Positions 40,402 through 49,658 of a DNA stretch of 64,000 nt are shown piece after piece. Both the position numbers and the translations under genes were made by a program. The DNA comes from an uncultured bacterium (GTDB lineage: Bacteria; Patescibacteriota; Minisyncoccia; Phycocordibacterales; UBA9973). The stretch covers positions 8,495 to 72,494 of the forward strand of contig CAITSA010000028.1 in the NCBI GenBank assembly GCA_903894955.1, read 5' to 3'. The notes beneath the pieces are model-generated. The model saw only the letters and a program-made list of their open reading frames with translations, ran no database searches and was not told where the DNA came from. Numbering within the stretch: the stretch's first letter is position 1; each line of letters begins with the position of its first letter.

Positions 40402-40544
40402 TTGTTTCTCCTTTTCTCTTTTTTTATTTTGTTTTTATAGGCAAAATTATAAACTCCACCTTACTTTTCCTTATATAATATAACAGAAAAGAACCTGTTT
40501 GTCAATACTAAAGAAAACGTTAAAATACCCTATAATTGTCCTTA

Positions 40545-41108
40545 ATGAATGTAATTCAATTATTACTGACATATAAATATCTCATTTTAATCCCCCTTTC
40601 TATTATCGAAGGTCCAATAGTCGCGGTGATCTGCGGATTTTTGGTAACTCTTAACCTTTTAAATCTTCTCTTGGTTTATGTGATCTTGGTTATTGGCGAT
40701 GCCGTCGGGGATGGAATAATATATTACATTGGATATTCAGGGAAAAGATTCTTAAAATACTTTAGAATCACTGATGAAAAATTAGAAAAAGCAAAAACAT
40801 ATTTTAATGAGAACCATAAAAAAGCTATCATTGCATCTAAGCTTGTCCATGGAATAGGATTCACTGGGCTCGTGGCTGCTGGCGCATCACATGTACCATA
40901 TAAAAGATACTTCAAAACTTGCACGCTGATTTCTCTTATTCAATCTGCAATCATGTTAACAATTGGAATATTGTTTGGGCATGCTTATGAACAAATAGGA
41001 AAATATTTGGATTATTATGCAGCCGGAGTAAGTGTTATTGTTTTCGTTATAATATTATTTTTCATTATCCGTAAATATAAATTCGGAACTAATAAAACAA
41101 CCTTGTGA
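40545..41108 (+). CDS. DedA/VTT family membrane protein
   Basis: IIEGP, GDAVGD..YYIG, AGA; ATG follows a TATAAT box. Confidence 0.85.
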   Translation: MNVIQLLLTYKYLILIPLSIIEGPIVAVICGFLVTLNLLNLLLVYVILVIGDAVGDGIIYYIGYSGKRFLKYFRITDEKLEKAKTYFNENHKKAIIASKLVHGIGFTGLVAAGASHVPYKRYFKTCTLISLIQSAIMLTIGILFGHAYEQIGKYLDYYAAGVSVIVFVIILFFIIRKYKFGTNKTTL

Positions 41109-42295
41109 ATAAAAATCCTAGAGAAAAATTAAGTATTGCGATGATCTGTGACCCGATTGGTAGTAACAAATCTGGGGTAGTTGTTTCTACTTTACGTTTT
41201 TCAAAATTACTAAAGGAACGCGGACATCATGTTATCTTTATCGCTGCACGATCACAAGAACACAAAGATCATAGTCATCATGACGGAGTGAAAGCTTATC
41301 GTTATCGTAGTCTTCCAGTTCCTAAAAGTGGTGGCTGGAATTTAGCTTTTCCAACAGTTAAAGAATTAAAAAAAGTTTTCCAAGAAGAAAAAATTAATGT
41401 AGTGCATATTCTTCTACCAATGACTGGCGCCATTGTCGCTATTAAGGCAGCCAAGGCATTAAATATAAAAATAGTGGCTCATTCTCATTCTCAGCCAGAA
41501 AATCTATTTATGGATATGCCGAAAATAATTCAACCCACCCTCGGTAAAATTTGGAATAAATATCTAGCTTGGATTTACGGAAAAGCAGAATTAATAATCT
41601 ATCCGACAGAATTTGGACGTCAACTCCTCCATCATTTAACTAAAAAAGACAAGAGCTCGACGGTTGTTTCTAACGGAGTAAATATTGAAAGATACAAAAT
41701 AAAAGAGGTGGGCGATTTTCATAGTCGATTTAATATTCCCAAAGATACCGTCAATATAATCTATGTCGGAAGACTTTATCCAGAAAAATCTGTTGATACC
41801 CTGATCAAAGCAGTTCCATATATTATTAAAGAAAATCCAAAAATACATGTAATGCTAGCCGGTGCCGGACACGTAAGACCAAAATTAGAAAAACTGGTAG
41901 ATAGTTTAAAAGTTAATAAACACGTTACCTTTTTGGGATTAGTGAGTGATGAAGATAAAATCTTGGCTTATAATGCCGGTGACATATTTATTTCACCATC
42001 CTTTGCAGAATTAGAAGGGATGACAGTTTTAGAAGCGATGGCTTGCGGTAAACCAATTATCGTCCCAGATGCGCAAATGAATGCGGCAAAATTTTTCATA
42101 GACAATAATGGATTTTTATTTGAAACTGAAAATCATAAAGATTTAGCAGAAAAAACTTTAAAATTAATCAATAATCCAGATTTAAGAAAAAAGCTCGGAG
42201 AAATTAGTTTAGCAAAAAGTAAAAATTATGCTATACATAAAAGTGTAGATTTATTAGAAGAAACTTATTATCAAGTATTAGGTTCTAGTTTCTAG
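41105..42295 (+). CDS. GT4 glycosyltransferase (diacylglycerol glucosyltransferase-like)
   Basis: SGVVVS, VSNGV, YVGRLYPEK, ELEGMTVLEAMACG. Confidence 0.88.
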   Translation: MNKNPREKLSIAMICDPIGSNKSGVVVSTLRFSKLLKERGHHVIFIAARSQEHKDHSHHDGVKAYRYRSLPVPKSGGWNLAFPTVKELKKVFQEEKINVVHILLPMTGAIVAIKAAKALNIKIVAHSHSQPENLFMDMPKIIQPTLGKIWNKYLAWIYGKAELIIYPTEFGRQLLHHLTKKDKSSTVVSNGVNIERYKIKEVGDFHSRFNIPKDTVNIIYVGRLYPEKSVDTLIKAVPYIIKENPKIHVMLAGAGHVRPKLEKLVDSLKVNKHVTFLGLVSDEDKILAYNAGDIFISPSFAELEGMTVLEAMACGKPIIVPDAQMNAAKFFIDNNGFLFETENHKDLAEKTLKLINNPDLRKKLGEISLAKSKNYAIHKSVDLLEETYYQVLGSSF

Positions 42296-42331
42296 GTTCT
42301 AGCACCTAGTCACTAGCAACTAGTAACTAAT
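42278..42331. repeat. Heptamer array (third copy)
   Basis: ttaggttctagtttctaggttctagcacctagtcactagcaactagtaactaa. Confidence 0.7.
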
Positions 42332-42334
42332 TAA

Positions 42335-43159
42335 ATGCAAGAACATATTTTTGAAAATAGAATATATTATCGAACTAATGAAAATAGACAAGACAGAATA
42401 ACTCTGGTATTTGTACATGGGGTTTCTGGTTCTTCTTCCGCTTGGCTTCCCTATGAAAAAATATTTGAAAATAAGTATAATGTTGTAACGGTTGATATAA
42501 GAGGACACGGTCTGTCAAAAAAATTCCCAAATTATTCTGATTATGAAGTCGAAAATTTTGCCCAAGACCTTCATGACTTAATTTCGTATTTAAAAATTTC
42601 AAAATTTGTTCTGATTAGCAACTCTTTTGCCGGACTGATTGCGCTCGAATATATAAAATTATGGAGAGAAACAGTCTCTGCCAATGTCTTCACCTCTCCA
42701 GAGATGTACCTACATGAAGGATTTTTGGCAAAAGTTATGCGAGTGCTTCTCGCCGCCCTAACAGGTATTATTAGTTTGTTACCATTTAATCCAAAACCTC
42801 GTGGCCATGTTGATTATAGTAAACACGTGAATTCAACTGATTGGAATATTAAAAGAAATTTGGCTGATATTAGAAACACCGGACTGCATGCGCATTTTTA
42901 CACTCTCAAACAATCACTTAACCCTAACCAAAAATATGACTTAGAAAAAATAAACGTGCCTACCCTAATCATGCATGGAGAAAAAGATTCAATGGTCCCA
43001 ATCAAAAATTCAATGAAGATGTCTGCGGAAATAAAAAATTCAGAATTTGTCAGTATCCCTAACGTGGACCACAATACCGCTCATAATGCGGTCAAAGAAA
43101 TGTCGCAAGCGATAGAGTTTTTTGTAGAAAAAAATAAAACAAAACTGTTGTTTTCTTAA
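42335..43159 (+). CDS. Alpha/beta hydrolase
   Basis: FVHG, DIRGHG, nucleophile elbow SNSFAG, PTLIMHGEKD, terminal His. Confidence 0.88.
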   Translation: MQEHIFENRIYYRTNENRQDRITLVFVHGVSGSSSAWLPYEKIFENKYNVVTVDIRGHGLSKKFPNYSDYEVENFAQDLHDLISYLKISKFVLISNSFAGLIALEYIKLWRETVSANVFTSPEMYLHEGFLAKVMRVLLAALTGIISLLPFNPKPRGHVDYSKHVNSTDWNIKRNLADIRNTGLHAHFYTLKQSLNPNQKYDLEKINVPTLIMHGEKDSMVPIKNSMKMSAEIKNSEFVSIPNVDHNTAHNAVKEMSQAIEFFVEKNKTKLLFS

Positions 43160-43186
43160 AATTGCTTATTTGTTATACTTAATGAT

Positions 43187-43825
43187 ATGCAAAGTTATAA
43201 AACTCATTTCACTGATAAAAATTTCCTTATTGCTTTTTTGGGCGGTTTAATACTACTAGCAACAAGTCTAGTCGTTCAATTTTTTGTAAGTGGTTATGTC
43301 ACACGTGTTAGTAGTGGATCTGTCACTGACGTCATCCTCAGCAATACACGAGTCTATGATGTGGGTGGAATTTTTGTGTGGGGATCCGTAATTTTAACCA
43401 TTATTGGCATTGTGGTAATATTCAGACGACCAAACTATCTGCCATTTGTGATAAAAAGTGTTGCCACTTTTACCTTGATAAGATCATTTTTTGTAAGTCT
43501 CACTCACATTAGCCCTTTCCCTACCCATGCATTAATAGACTCAGCTTTTTTTGGGGGTGAAGCATTTCGTGGTATTTTCACCGGTAATGATCTTTTCTTT
43601 TCTGGGCACACTGGTATTCCCTTTCTTTTGGCTTTAATCTTTTGGGAAAATAAAACCCTCAGAATAGTTTTCTTGTCATTTTCTATTATGTTTGCGGTGG
43701 TAGTGCTCCTTGGGCATTTACACTATTCAATAGATGTTTTGTCGGCTTACTTTATCACCTTCACCATTTTCCATATTTGCCAAACATTATTCAAAAAAGA
43801 TTGGCAGTTATTTTTGAAAAAATAA
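43187..43825 (+). CDS. PAP2-superfamily (sphingomyelin-synthase-like) membrane protein
   Basis: DLFFSGHT and HYSIDV motifs. Confidence 0.78.
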   Translation: MQSYKTHFTDKNFLIAFLGGLILLATSLVVQFFVSGYVTRVSSGSVTDVILSNTRVYDVGGIFVWGSVILTIIGIVVIFRRPNYLPFVIKSVATFTLIRSFFVSLTHISPFPTHALIDSAFFGGEAFRGIFTGNDLFFSGHTGIPFLLALIFWENKTLRIVFLSFSIMFAVVVLLGHLHYSIDVLSAYFITFTIFHICQTLFKKDWQLFLKK

Positions 43826-43830
43826 TTTAT

Positions 43831-43897
43831 CCCGTACTAAATTTTTGAGTAAAAACAATGACCACTATTAATAACAATTTAAAATTTTAGTACTGGG
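43831..43897. mobile_element. CCC...GGG inverted-repeat element abutting a start codon
   Basis: AT-CCCGTACTAAATTTT...AAAATTTTAGTACTGGG-ATG. Confidence 0.55.
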
Positions 43898-45118
43898 ATG
43901 AAACATTGTAAAGATTGTGAACCAGCCCAAGAAAGTCATTTTGTAGCATACACATCAGTAGTTTTGGGTTGGATAGATGAGCCATTTTTTGACTTAATGG
44001 AGCGTCTTTTCAAAAATACTGCTGAGATAATTTCCGACAAAATAACTCTACCCTTTTTTAATCTGATGGTTTTTCTAAAATTAGGATATTTTTCTTTCAA
44101 GCCTGACGAAAAAGATACTTGGAGAACAAAGTGTTTTTGGGATGAAGCAATTCGGCGCGGAATAAAAATGCGTGAATTTCACTTGGGTCCGATTAAAGAT
44201 GGCTTTGTGGCAGAATACAAAAACCCACGCCAAGGCGGGGCAAGTAAAACAATAACTTTTGATGGTCTGCCTCGCTCAGGATTTAAAGAATCCCCTGCTC
44301 TAAAATGGATGGACAATAAAGGCATAATGAAAACAAAATTTTTGAAAGAAGGTTTACCGGTAGCAGGGGGCGGAGTAGCTTTTACTAAAAGGCAAGCATT
44401 AAAAATTTTCAATAATATACAAAAAAACAAAAAGAGACCGGTGATTACGAAACCAAATTTAGGTTCTCGGAGCCGACATACAACGATTCACATCAACACT
44501 AGGGAAGATTTATTGATTGGTTTCAAAAAAGCAAAGAAACTTTCTCCGCTGGTGGTTATTGAAGAAGAACTTCGTGGAGATCTTTTTCGTGGAACATTAA
44601 TTGGAGGTAAATTAGTCGGAGTAGTAAAACGCGACCAACCACAAGTTGAAGGTGATGGAAGGGAAACAGTTGAACAGTTATTGGAAATAGAAAACAAAAG
44701 ACCCGAGCGGAATGGTCCAATTTTCCATAAAATAATTATAGACAAAGAAGCAGAAATGGAATTAAAAAGACAAAATGTAAAATTAGACGAGGTAATAGAA
44801 AAAGATAAAGTGGTAACATTTTCCCAAAAAACAAGTCGGGGTTGTGGAGGCACCACCACTGAAGTCACCAATATCGTGCATCCTGATAATGTAGAAATGT
44901 TAGAGCATGTCGCTAAATTTTTAGCTGACCCACTTATTGGAGTAGATTTCATTATTGAAGATGTCACCAAATCATGGAAGGAGGAACAGCATTGTGGAAT
45001 AATAGAATGCAATAGTTTGCCCTTTATAGATTTGCATCATTATCCACTTTTTGGGAAGCCCAACAACGTCGCTGGAAAACTTTGGGATTTGGTTTTACCA
45101 GAATCTAAATTAAAATAA
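43898..45118 (+). CDS. ATP-grasp ligase, cyanophycin-synthetase-like N-terminal module
   Basis: DNK...K..GLPV, VITKPNLGS, VEGDG.ETV, GVDFI, IIECNSLP. Confidence 0.8.
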   Translation: MKHCKDCEPAQESHFVAYTSVVLGWIDEPFFDLMERLFKNTAEIISDKITLPFFNLMVFLKLGYFSFKPDEKDTWRTKCFWDEAIRRGIKMREFHLGPIKDGFVAEYKNPRQGGASKTITFDGLPRSGFKESPALKWMDNKGIMKTKFLKEGLPVAGGGVAFTKRQALKIFNNIQKNKKRPVITKPNLGSRSRHTTIHINTREDLLIGFKKAKKLSPLVVIEEELRGDLFRGTLIGGKLVGVVKRDQPQVEGDGRETVEQLLEIENKRPERNGPIFHKIIIDKEAEMELKRQNVKLDEVIEKDKVVTFSQKTSRGCGGTTTEVTNIVHPDNVEMLEHVAKFLADPLIGVDFIIEDVTKSWKEEQHCGIIECNSLPFIDLHHYPLFGKPNNVAGKLWDLVLPESKLK

Positions 45119-45122
45119 AATA

Positions 45123-45611
45123 TTATTTTAACGTAATTTCAGACTTTGGATCAAAAGCATTTGGATCCATTTTGAGATGAGAAATACATTTTTCTTGAAC
45201 CACAAAATCTCCCAAGAATTTCAAAAAGTCTTCTGTTTTATCCACCTCTCCTTTTTCTTCTATGTGCTCTAGAGGATGAGCTTCTGGGGTAAATTCAAAA
45301 TGCCCACAAATTTCTCCATCTTTGTAAACTCGCAAATGATATTGATCTTGAAAATCAGTTAATTTTCTCCAACTTAAAACTTGGTCTTCGTCTATCCATG
45401 CGATGAAATGATTACCAAAAGCCCATTTCTCATTCAAGTGGCGCTTAAGTTCTTCTAAGGTCTTATGGGGAGCAAGCCAGCCAAGATGATATTTCTGCCT
45501 CCCCTTTTTATGCCAGATAATTCCAATCTTTAAAAGAAATTGCCTAGCTGGCAAAAAGAAACGATAAATGAAATGCCAAATTTTCTGTTTTACTTTATCT
45601 TCTGGGGTCAT
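45123..45611 (-). CDS. Hypothetical protein
   Basis: 162 aa; QYHLRVY..GEICGHFEFTPEAHPLEH. Confidence 0.7.
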   Translation of the reverse strand: MTPEDKVKQKIWHFIYRFFLPARQFLLKIGIIWHKKGRQKYHLGWLAPHKTLEELKRHLNEKWAFGNHFIAWIDEDQVLSWRKLTDFQDQYHLRVYKDGEICGHFEFTPEAHPLEHIEEKGEVDKTEDFLKFLGDFVVQEKCISHLKMDPNAFDPKSEITLK

Positions 45612-45639
45612 AATTTTCTTTTTCTTAATATCATAGAAC

Positions 45640-46341
45640 CTAATGATTAATAAAATTTAAAAACAATATTGGGACTAGTGGATAATACATTAAATTACCC
45701 AAATACTTAGACCACTTAGATTGCACTAAAGTATTTTGAGTTATTATTATACTACCTTTCTCTATTTCATCCTCGTTAATATCGCCTAATTCTGTAACTA
45801 AATAGTTTTGGTTTTGAGAATCAATTCCACCAAAGTTAAAAACTCTCAATATGGGTAATTTTTGACCCGCTTTTACTTTGTGTATTGTGATAATATCATC
45901 AGACGACACAGTTGCACTATCTACAATTTTTATTAATGACAAGGAGTCGTCTTTTAAAAAATTATCTAATTGTTCTTGTTGTTCTTGTGTAGGTTTATTT
46001 ATATAAATATTCTTTTCATCAACAAAAGAACCACTTCCATCACTAAAACTTTCATACAAGCCATCTTTCTGTATTTCTACAGATACTCCAGACTTTAATA
46101 TAGGAAAAACAAATGAATTTTTGTATATTGTAAGATTAATTATTATGCAGACGATAATAAAAATAATAGTAGCTATGCCATATTTAATATTTCTTTTAAA
46201 AGAGAGCAGTATAAGAATAAACATGAATGGTACAGACATCCAAAAACGAGTTGTACCAACATTAAAAGCTCCTCCGAGTGAAAATAATATTGAAATAATA
46301 ATAAATGAGATATTTATTATATTTTTTGATTGTTTCTGCAT
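45640..46341 (-). CDS. Hypothetical membrane protein
   Basis: 3 N-terminal TM plus a C-terminal hydrophobic tail; start moved to ATG 46341. Confidence 0.65.
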   Translation of the reverse strand: MQKQSKNIINISFIIISILFSLGGAFNVGTTRFWMSVPFMFILILLSFKRNIKYGIATIIFIIVCIIINLTIYKNSFVFPILKSGVSVEIQKDGLYESFSDGSGSFVDEKNIYINKPTQEQQEQLDNFLKDDSLSLIKIVDSATVSSDDIITIHKVKAGQKLPILRVFNFGGIDSQNQNYLVTELGDINEDEIEKGSIIITQNTLVQSKWSKYLGNLMYYPLVPILFLNFINH

Positions 46342-46380
46342 GTTTTTATAAACTATGAATTTATTTTCATACCTAATTCT

Positions 46381-46395
46381 TGGCGGAGAGAGAGG
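46381..46395 (-). repeat. Duplicated tRNA-Ser 3' end (att-like)
   Basis: TGGCGGAGAGAGAGG shares GCGGAGAGAGAGG with 47217-47229. Confidence 0.6.
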
Positions 46396-46417
46396 TGCGA
46401 AGTTGGAACCACTTTCC

Positions 46418-47194
46418 TTAGGTAAGCGGTGTTGGGATAAAACCCTCTTCATCGACCTTGTCCCCTACTTTAAACGTTCCATTGATAAAATTAAGTGATT
46501 CTCTAATTTCTTTTTCAGCCTTTATCCTATCCAAGTCACTTAAATCTTTACTCAATGGTGTTTCAATAATTTTCCTTATGTTTTCAACAGCCCTATCAAA
46601 TTTTTTAGGCATATGCCTAACTAGCCATTTAACATTATGCAAAAGGGCTACATCCCCTTTGTTCAAATACAAATCTGTATCTACTAAATAAATCTCAGGT
46701 TTTTCATCTCCCTTTTTGGTGCCATAAATATATTGCGATTCACTATTTAAATCAGCTAAATGAGCATCTTTGCTATTTAATTTATCTAAATAATATTTAG
46801 AAATTGAAACATATAAATCCTCAAGTTTCATCAAAAAATCTGGCGTTTTTTCTGCTTTTTCTAAAGCTACTCCATTAATTTTGTCGGTAACAATATAAAC
46901 TGTATCTTTGTTTTCTTCATTTTTATCAATGATTATTTTTGATGGAACTTTAATATTATAGTCTGTTTGTATTTCTTGAAATAATTTTTTACCTAAATCT
47001 ATTACAATATTAGGCTTTGCCATATTGTTATACCTATCTTCTAGTTCTTCAAAGCTATCAATTCTTATTACTTTACTAGAGTCATTATCAAATTGATAAA
47101 ATTTCCTTGTAGTGTCTCCAGTATTTAAGTCGCTCGGTACTAATTTTGAGTACAAACGGGATTGTCCTTTTTCTATGTGCATATTTTCCTTCAT
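46418..47194 (-). CDS. Hypothetical protein, possibly kinase-like fold
   Basis: YIVTDKING, HLADL, IYLVDTD resemble degenerate kinase subdomains. Confidence 0.55.
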   Translation of the reverse strand: MKENMHIEKGQSRLYSKLVPSDLNTGDTTRKFYQFDNDSSKVIRIDSFEELEDRYNNMAKPNIVIDLGKKLFQEIQTDYNIKVPSKIIIDKNEENKDTVYIVTDKINGVALEKAEKTPDFLMKLEDLYVSISKYYLDKLNSKDAHLADLNSESQYIYGTKKGDEKPEIYLVDTDLYLNKGDVALLHNVKWLVRHMPKKFDRAVENIRKIIETPLSKDLSDLDRIKAEKEIRESLNFINGTFKVGDKVDEEGFIPTPLT

Positions 47195-47217
47195 ATTTTA
47201 ATTATATCAAATCTGTG

Positions 47218-47304
47218 CGGAGAGAGAGGGATTCGAACCCTCGGTCCTTTTAAAGGGACGACAGTTTAGTAAACTGTTGGTTTAAACCACTCACCCATCT
47301 CTCC
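47218..47304 (-). tRNA. tRNA-Ser with anticodon ACT
   Basis: GGAGAGA/TCTCTCC acceptor stem, G73, long variable arm, anticodon arm ACAGT-TTACTAA-ACTGT. Confidence 0.88.
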
Positions 47305-47386
47305 TAAACTTAAAGAGAGTATACCACAAAAAAATGAAAAAATAGTACTAATATGCTAAAGTAATTAAGTTCTTAAAGTATAGAAT

Positions 47387-47475
47387 GGAGCCGTGTCAGA
47401 GCGGTCTAACGTACCTCTTTGCTAAAGAGGCAGGGGCTTCAAAACCCCTCGGCGGTTCGAATCCGCCCGGCTCCG
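47387..47475 (+). tRNA. tRNA-Ser(GCT)
   Basis: GGAGCCG/CGGCTCC acceptor stem, anticodon arm CCTCT-TTGCTAA-AGAGG, long variable arm, G73. Confidence 0.9.
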
Positions 47476-47485
47476 CAGATTATTT

Positions 47486-47943
47486 CTACAATATCTCTAC
47501 TTCGTCGGAGGTTCTTTTTACTGGATGCTGTCCGAATTCTCCACGCATAGTAGAAACTACTTTCCCTTGATAGGATGGCTTTGCTTGTGATGCTTGTCTT
47601 ACATCGAGTGACGCCTGAATAACTGGCATTGATATATTTTCTCGTATCCCAGCTTCGACTGTCCATGCCCCTTCCCCAGTACTGGAAGCTTTGCCTGATA
47701 TTTCATTTAAATCTTTCCCATATTTTTTATATCCATCACTCATCCATGAAACCAAACTAGAAGTAATCACACTTCCATGCGAATACACGTCCGTAATTTT
47801 TACAAGATCTAAATTAAATTCTTTTGAATGTCTCATGAGATCAAAGCCTTCTGCGATAGCTTGCATCATTCCATGTTTAACAAGCGAAAAACCATGTTTT
47901 TACCCATTTTTCCAAGCCCAATATATCCTATTTCTTTTTTCAT
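47486..47943 (-). pseudogene. gnd: 6-phosphogluconate dehydrogenase with internal deletion and frameshift
   Basis: ATG 47943 gives MKKEIGYIGLGKMGKNMVFRLL, joined out of frame to GMMQAIAEGF...TGEGAWTV...MRGEFGQH. Confidence 0.85.
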
Positions 47944-47955
47944 ATATTTATTTTG

Positions 47956-48909
47956 TTAAGAAATAAGCTTTTTAAATTCTTCCACCATTGGCACTTGCTC
48001 AGGTTCTAATCCGTATTGAACTGCTGTATAGTAAGAAACCCAATCTGCTAAAAGAAGTGAGGAGAAGATTTTATGCCAAATATCTTTTTCTTGAAGTTCA
48101 AAAGTTTCAACTGGCAACCCGCGGTCTTTGTATAATTTTTCCGTCACTACCATTCTTTTCAAAACTTTTGGATTATCTTTTATGTCTCTTAGAATGAGAA
48201 AATAGAATTTGTTGCACAATTCTTTTATATCAAAACCGTTTATTTCATTATGGTTTAATTCCGGAAAAACATTGTAAAAAGCGGGAATTTTGCCGGTTTC
48301 ATTTAATTTTATTTTCCAAATATAGGCCAAGAGTGAGTTATGATTTGAAGCATAAATAATAGGAACATAATTCCTCATTTTTTCCGCTAATATTTTTCCT
48401 TCTTTCTCATAATCCATCGGGTTCAAAGCTGTTGCCAGAACGCTCATTTTTTTTAATTCTTCTTCTTCCCCGATAAATTTAAGAAAAGCCCTAAGAGAAA
48501 AACCAAGAGCCATCCGAGGCTGAATTCTAGTATCTGGTAATTGTATATAAGGAACATTATTTTCTTTTGCTAATTTTAATAACTCACCGCCAATCGAGAT
48601 TGCCGCCATGGCCAAATTTTTGTCTTTGGCTTCATGAAAAGCTTCAATCACTTCTTCTGTGTTGCCAGAGTAAGAACTTAAAATAATCAGTTTATTTTTT
48701 AATTTTTCTATCGAGAATTCCGGTAATCCATAGTCACGGCGAACATCGATATCAAGATCTGGCCTGAGTTTTTTTAATAATTCTGCGGCGTGACCGGACC
48801 CACCCATACCAACAACTACAAAACTTGTTTTTTTTACAAAATTTTCCTGATTCCCAATCTCTGGTTCATAAGAAAATTGTTTATTAAAATTCTTTATTTC
48901 TTCGTACAT
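47956..48909 (-). CDS. Bifunctional phosphoglucose/phosphomannose isomerase (SIS domain)
   Basis: GMGGS, SSYSGNTEE, QPRMA, WKIKLNETGK, FPELNHNE. Confidence 0.92.
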   Translation of the reverse strand: MYEEIKNFNKQFSYEPEIGNQENFVKKTSFVVVGMGGSGHAAELLKKLRPDLDIDVRRDYGLPEFSIEKLKNKLIILSSYSGNTEEVIEAFHEAKDKNLAMAAISIGGELLKLAKENNVPYIQLPDTRIQPRMALGFSLRAFLKFIGEEEELKKMSVLATALNPMDYEKEGKILAEKMRNYVPIIYASNHNSLLAYIWKIKLNETGKIPAFYNVFPELNHNEINGFDIKELCNKFYFLILRDIKDNPKVLKRMVVTEKLYKDRGLPVETFELQEKDIWHKIFSSLLLADWVSYYTAVQYGLEPEQVPMVEEFKKLIS

Positions 48910-48912
48910 GAA

Positions 48913-49281
48913 TTAGCTTTTCTTTTTGGCTTCACGAACGGCCTTTTTAACTATTTTATTTGCTCCTTTTAATTCACTTTTCATTTTGTCTGCAAAAGCT
49001 TTGATATCTTTTTCGTGCAATTTATATTGTTTAGCATAATTTGAAGATACAACATCTATTGCTTTATAATAAAGAGGAGGGGTAACTTCTTTTGCCCTCT
49101 TAATTTCTTTCTCTACTTCTTTTTTCATCTTTTCCATCAACACCTTCGCTTTCTTTTGATGAGCTTTAGCTTTAGGTCCTAGAAAATAATATGCTCCTGC
49201 CCCTAAGGCCGCCATCCCAGCTACTCCTGCTACTATTTTCCCACCCGACATTCCCTTTTTTATACTTATCTTTTTTTTCAT
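48913..49281 (-). CDS. Hypothetical basic membrane-anchored protein
   Basis: GMAALGAGAYYFLGP anchor followed by Lys-rich helices. Confidence 0.7.
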   Translation of the reverse strand: MKKKISIKKGMSGGKIVAGVAGMAALGAGAYYFLGPKAKAHQKKAKVLMEKMKKEVEKEIKRAKEVTPPLYYKAIDVVSSNYAKQYKLHEKDIKAFADKMKSELKGANKIVKKAVREAKKKS

Positions 49282-49344
49282 ATAATTTTGATTATACGAA
49301 ATCATGCCGCGCAGTCGTCCATTAAAGCGTGGCGTTAATTATTA

Positions 49345-49596
49345 TTAATCTTTTCGACTTTTTCTTTTTTTCTTAAAAAGAAAATTGAATACTGCACTAT
49401 CTCTTATGTCATCAAGCATTTCTCTAGTAGTATCACCAATATTGTCTATGTCTTTTTCTACTCTATCTATAATCCTTAAAAAGGTTTTGGTGGCACGAAT
49501 AAGAAAAAATAAAAAGATAGCGACCAAAATCCACAAAAGGACAAAGCCGATTGAAGATATAAAGAAAAAAACTTGTGACTGTAAAAGTGTATCCAT
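49345..49596 (-). CDS. Small membrane protein with coiled-coil tail
   Basis: One TM; ATG follows TGATATAAT. Confidence 0.7.
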   Translation of the reverse strand: MDTLLQSQVFFFISSIGFVLLWILVAIFLFFLIRATKTFLRIIDRVEKDIDNIGDTTREMLDDIRDSAVFNFLFKKKRKSRKD

Positions 49597-49658
49597 AAGA
49601 TGAATTATATCACACATTAAGAATAGTAAATATACTTAAAAAGCCGTATAATTCAAAG

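Noticed and set aside
47385-47666. ORFs 47385-47570 and 47439-47666
   Set aside because: They overlap tRNA-Ser(GCT) and the gnd remnant; these are shadow frames.
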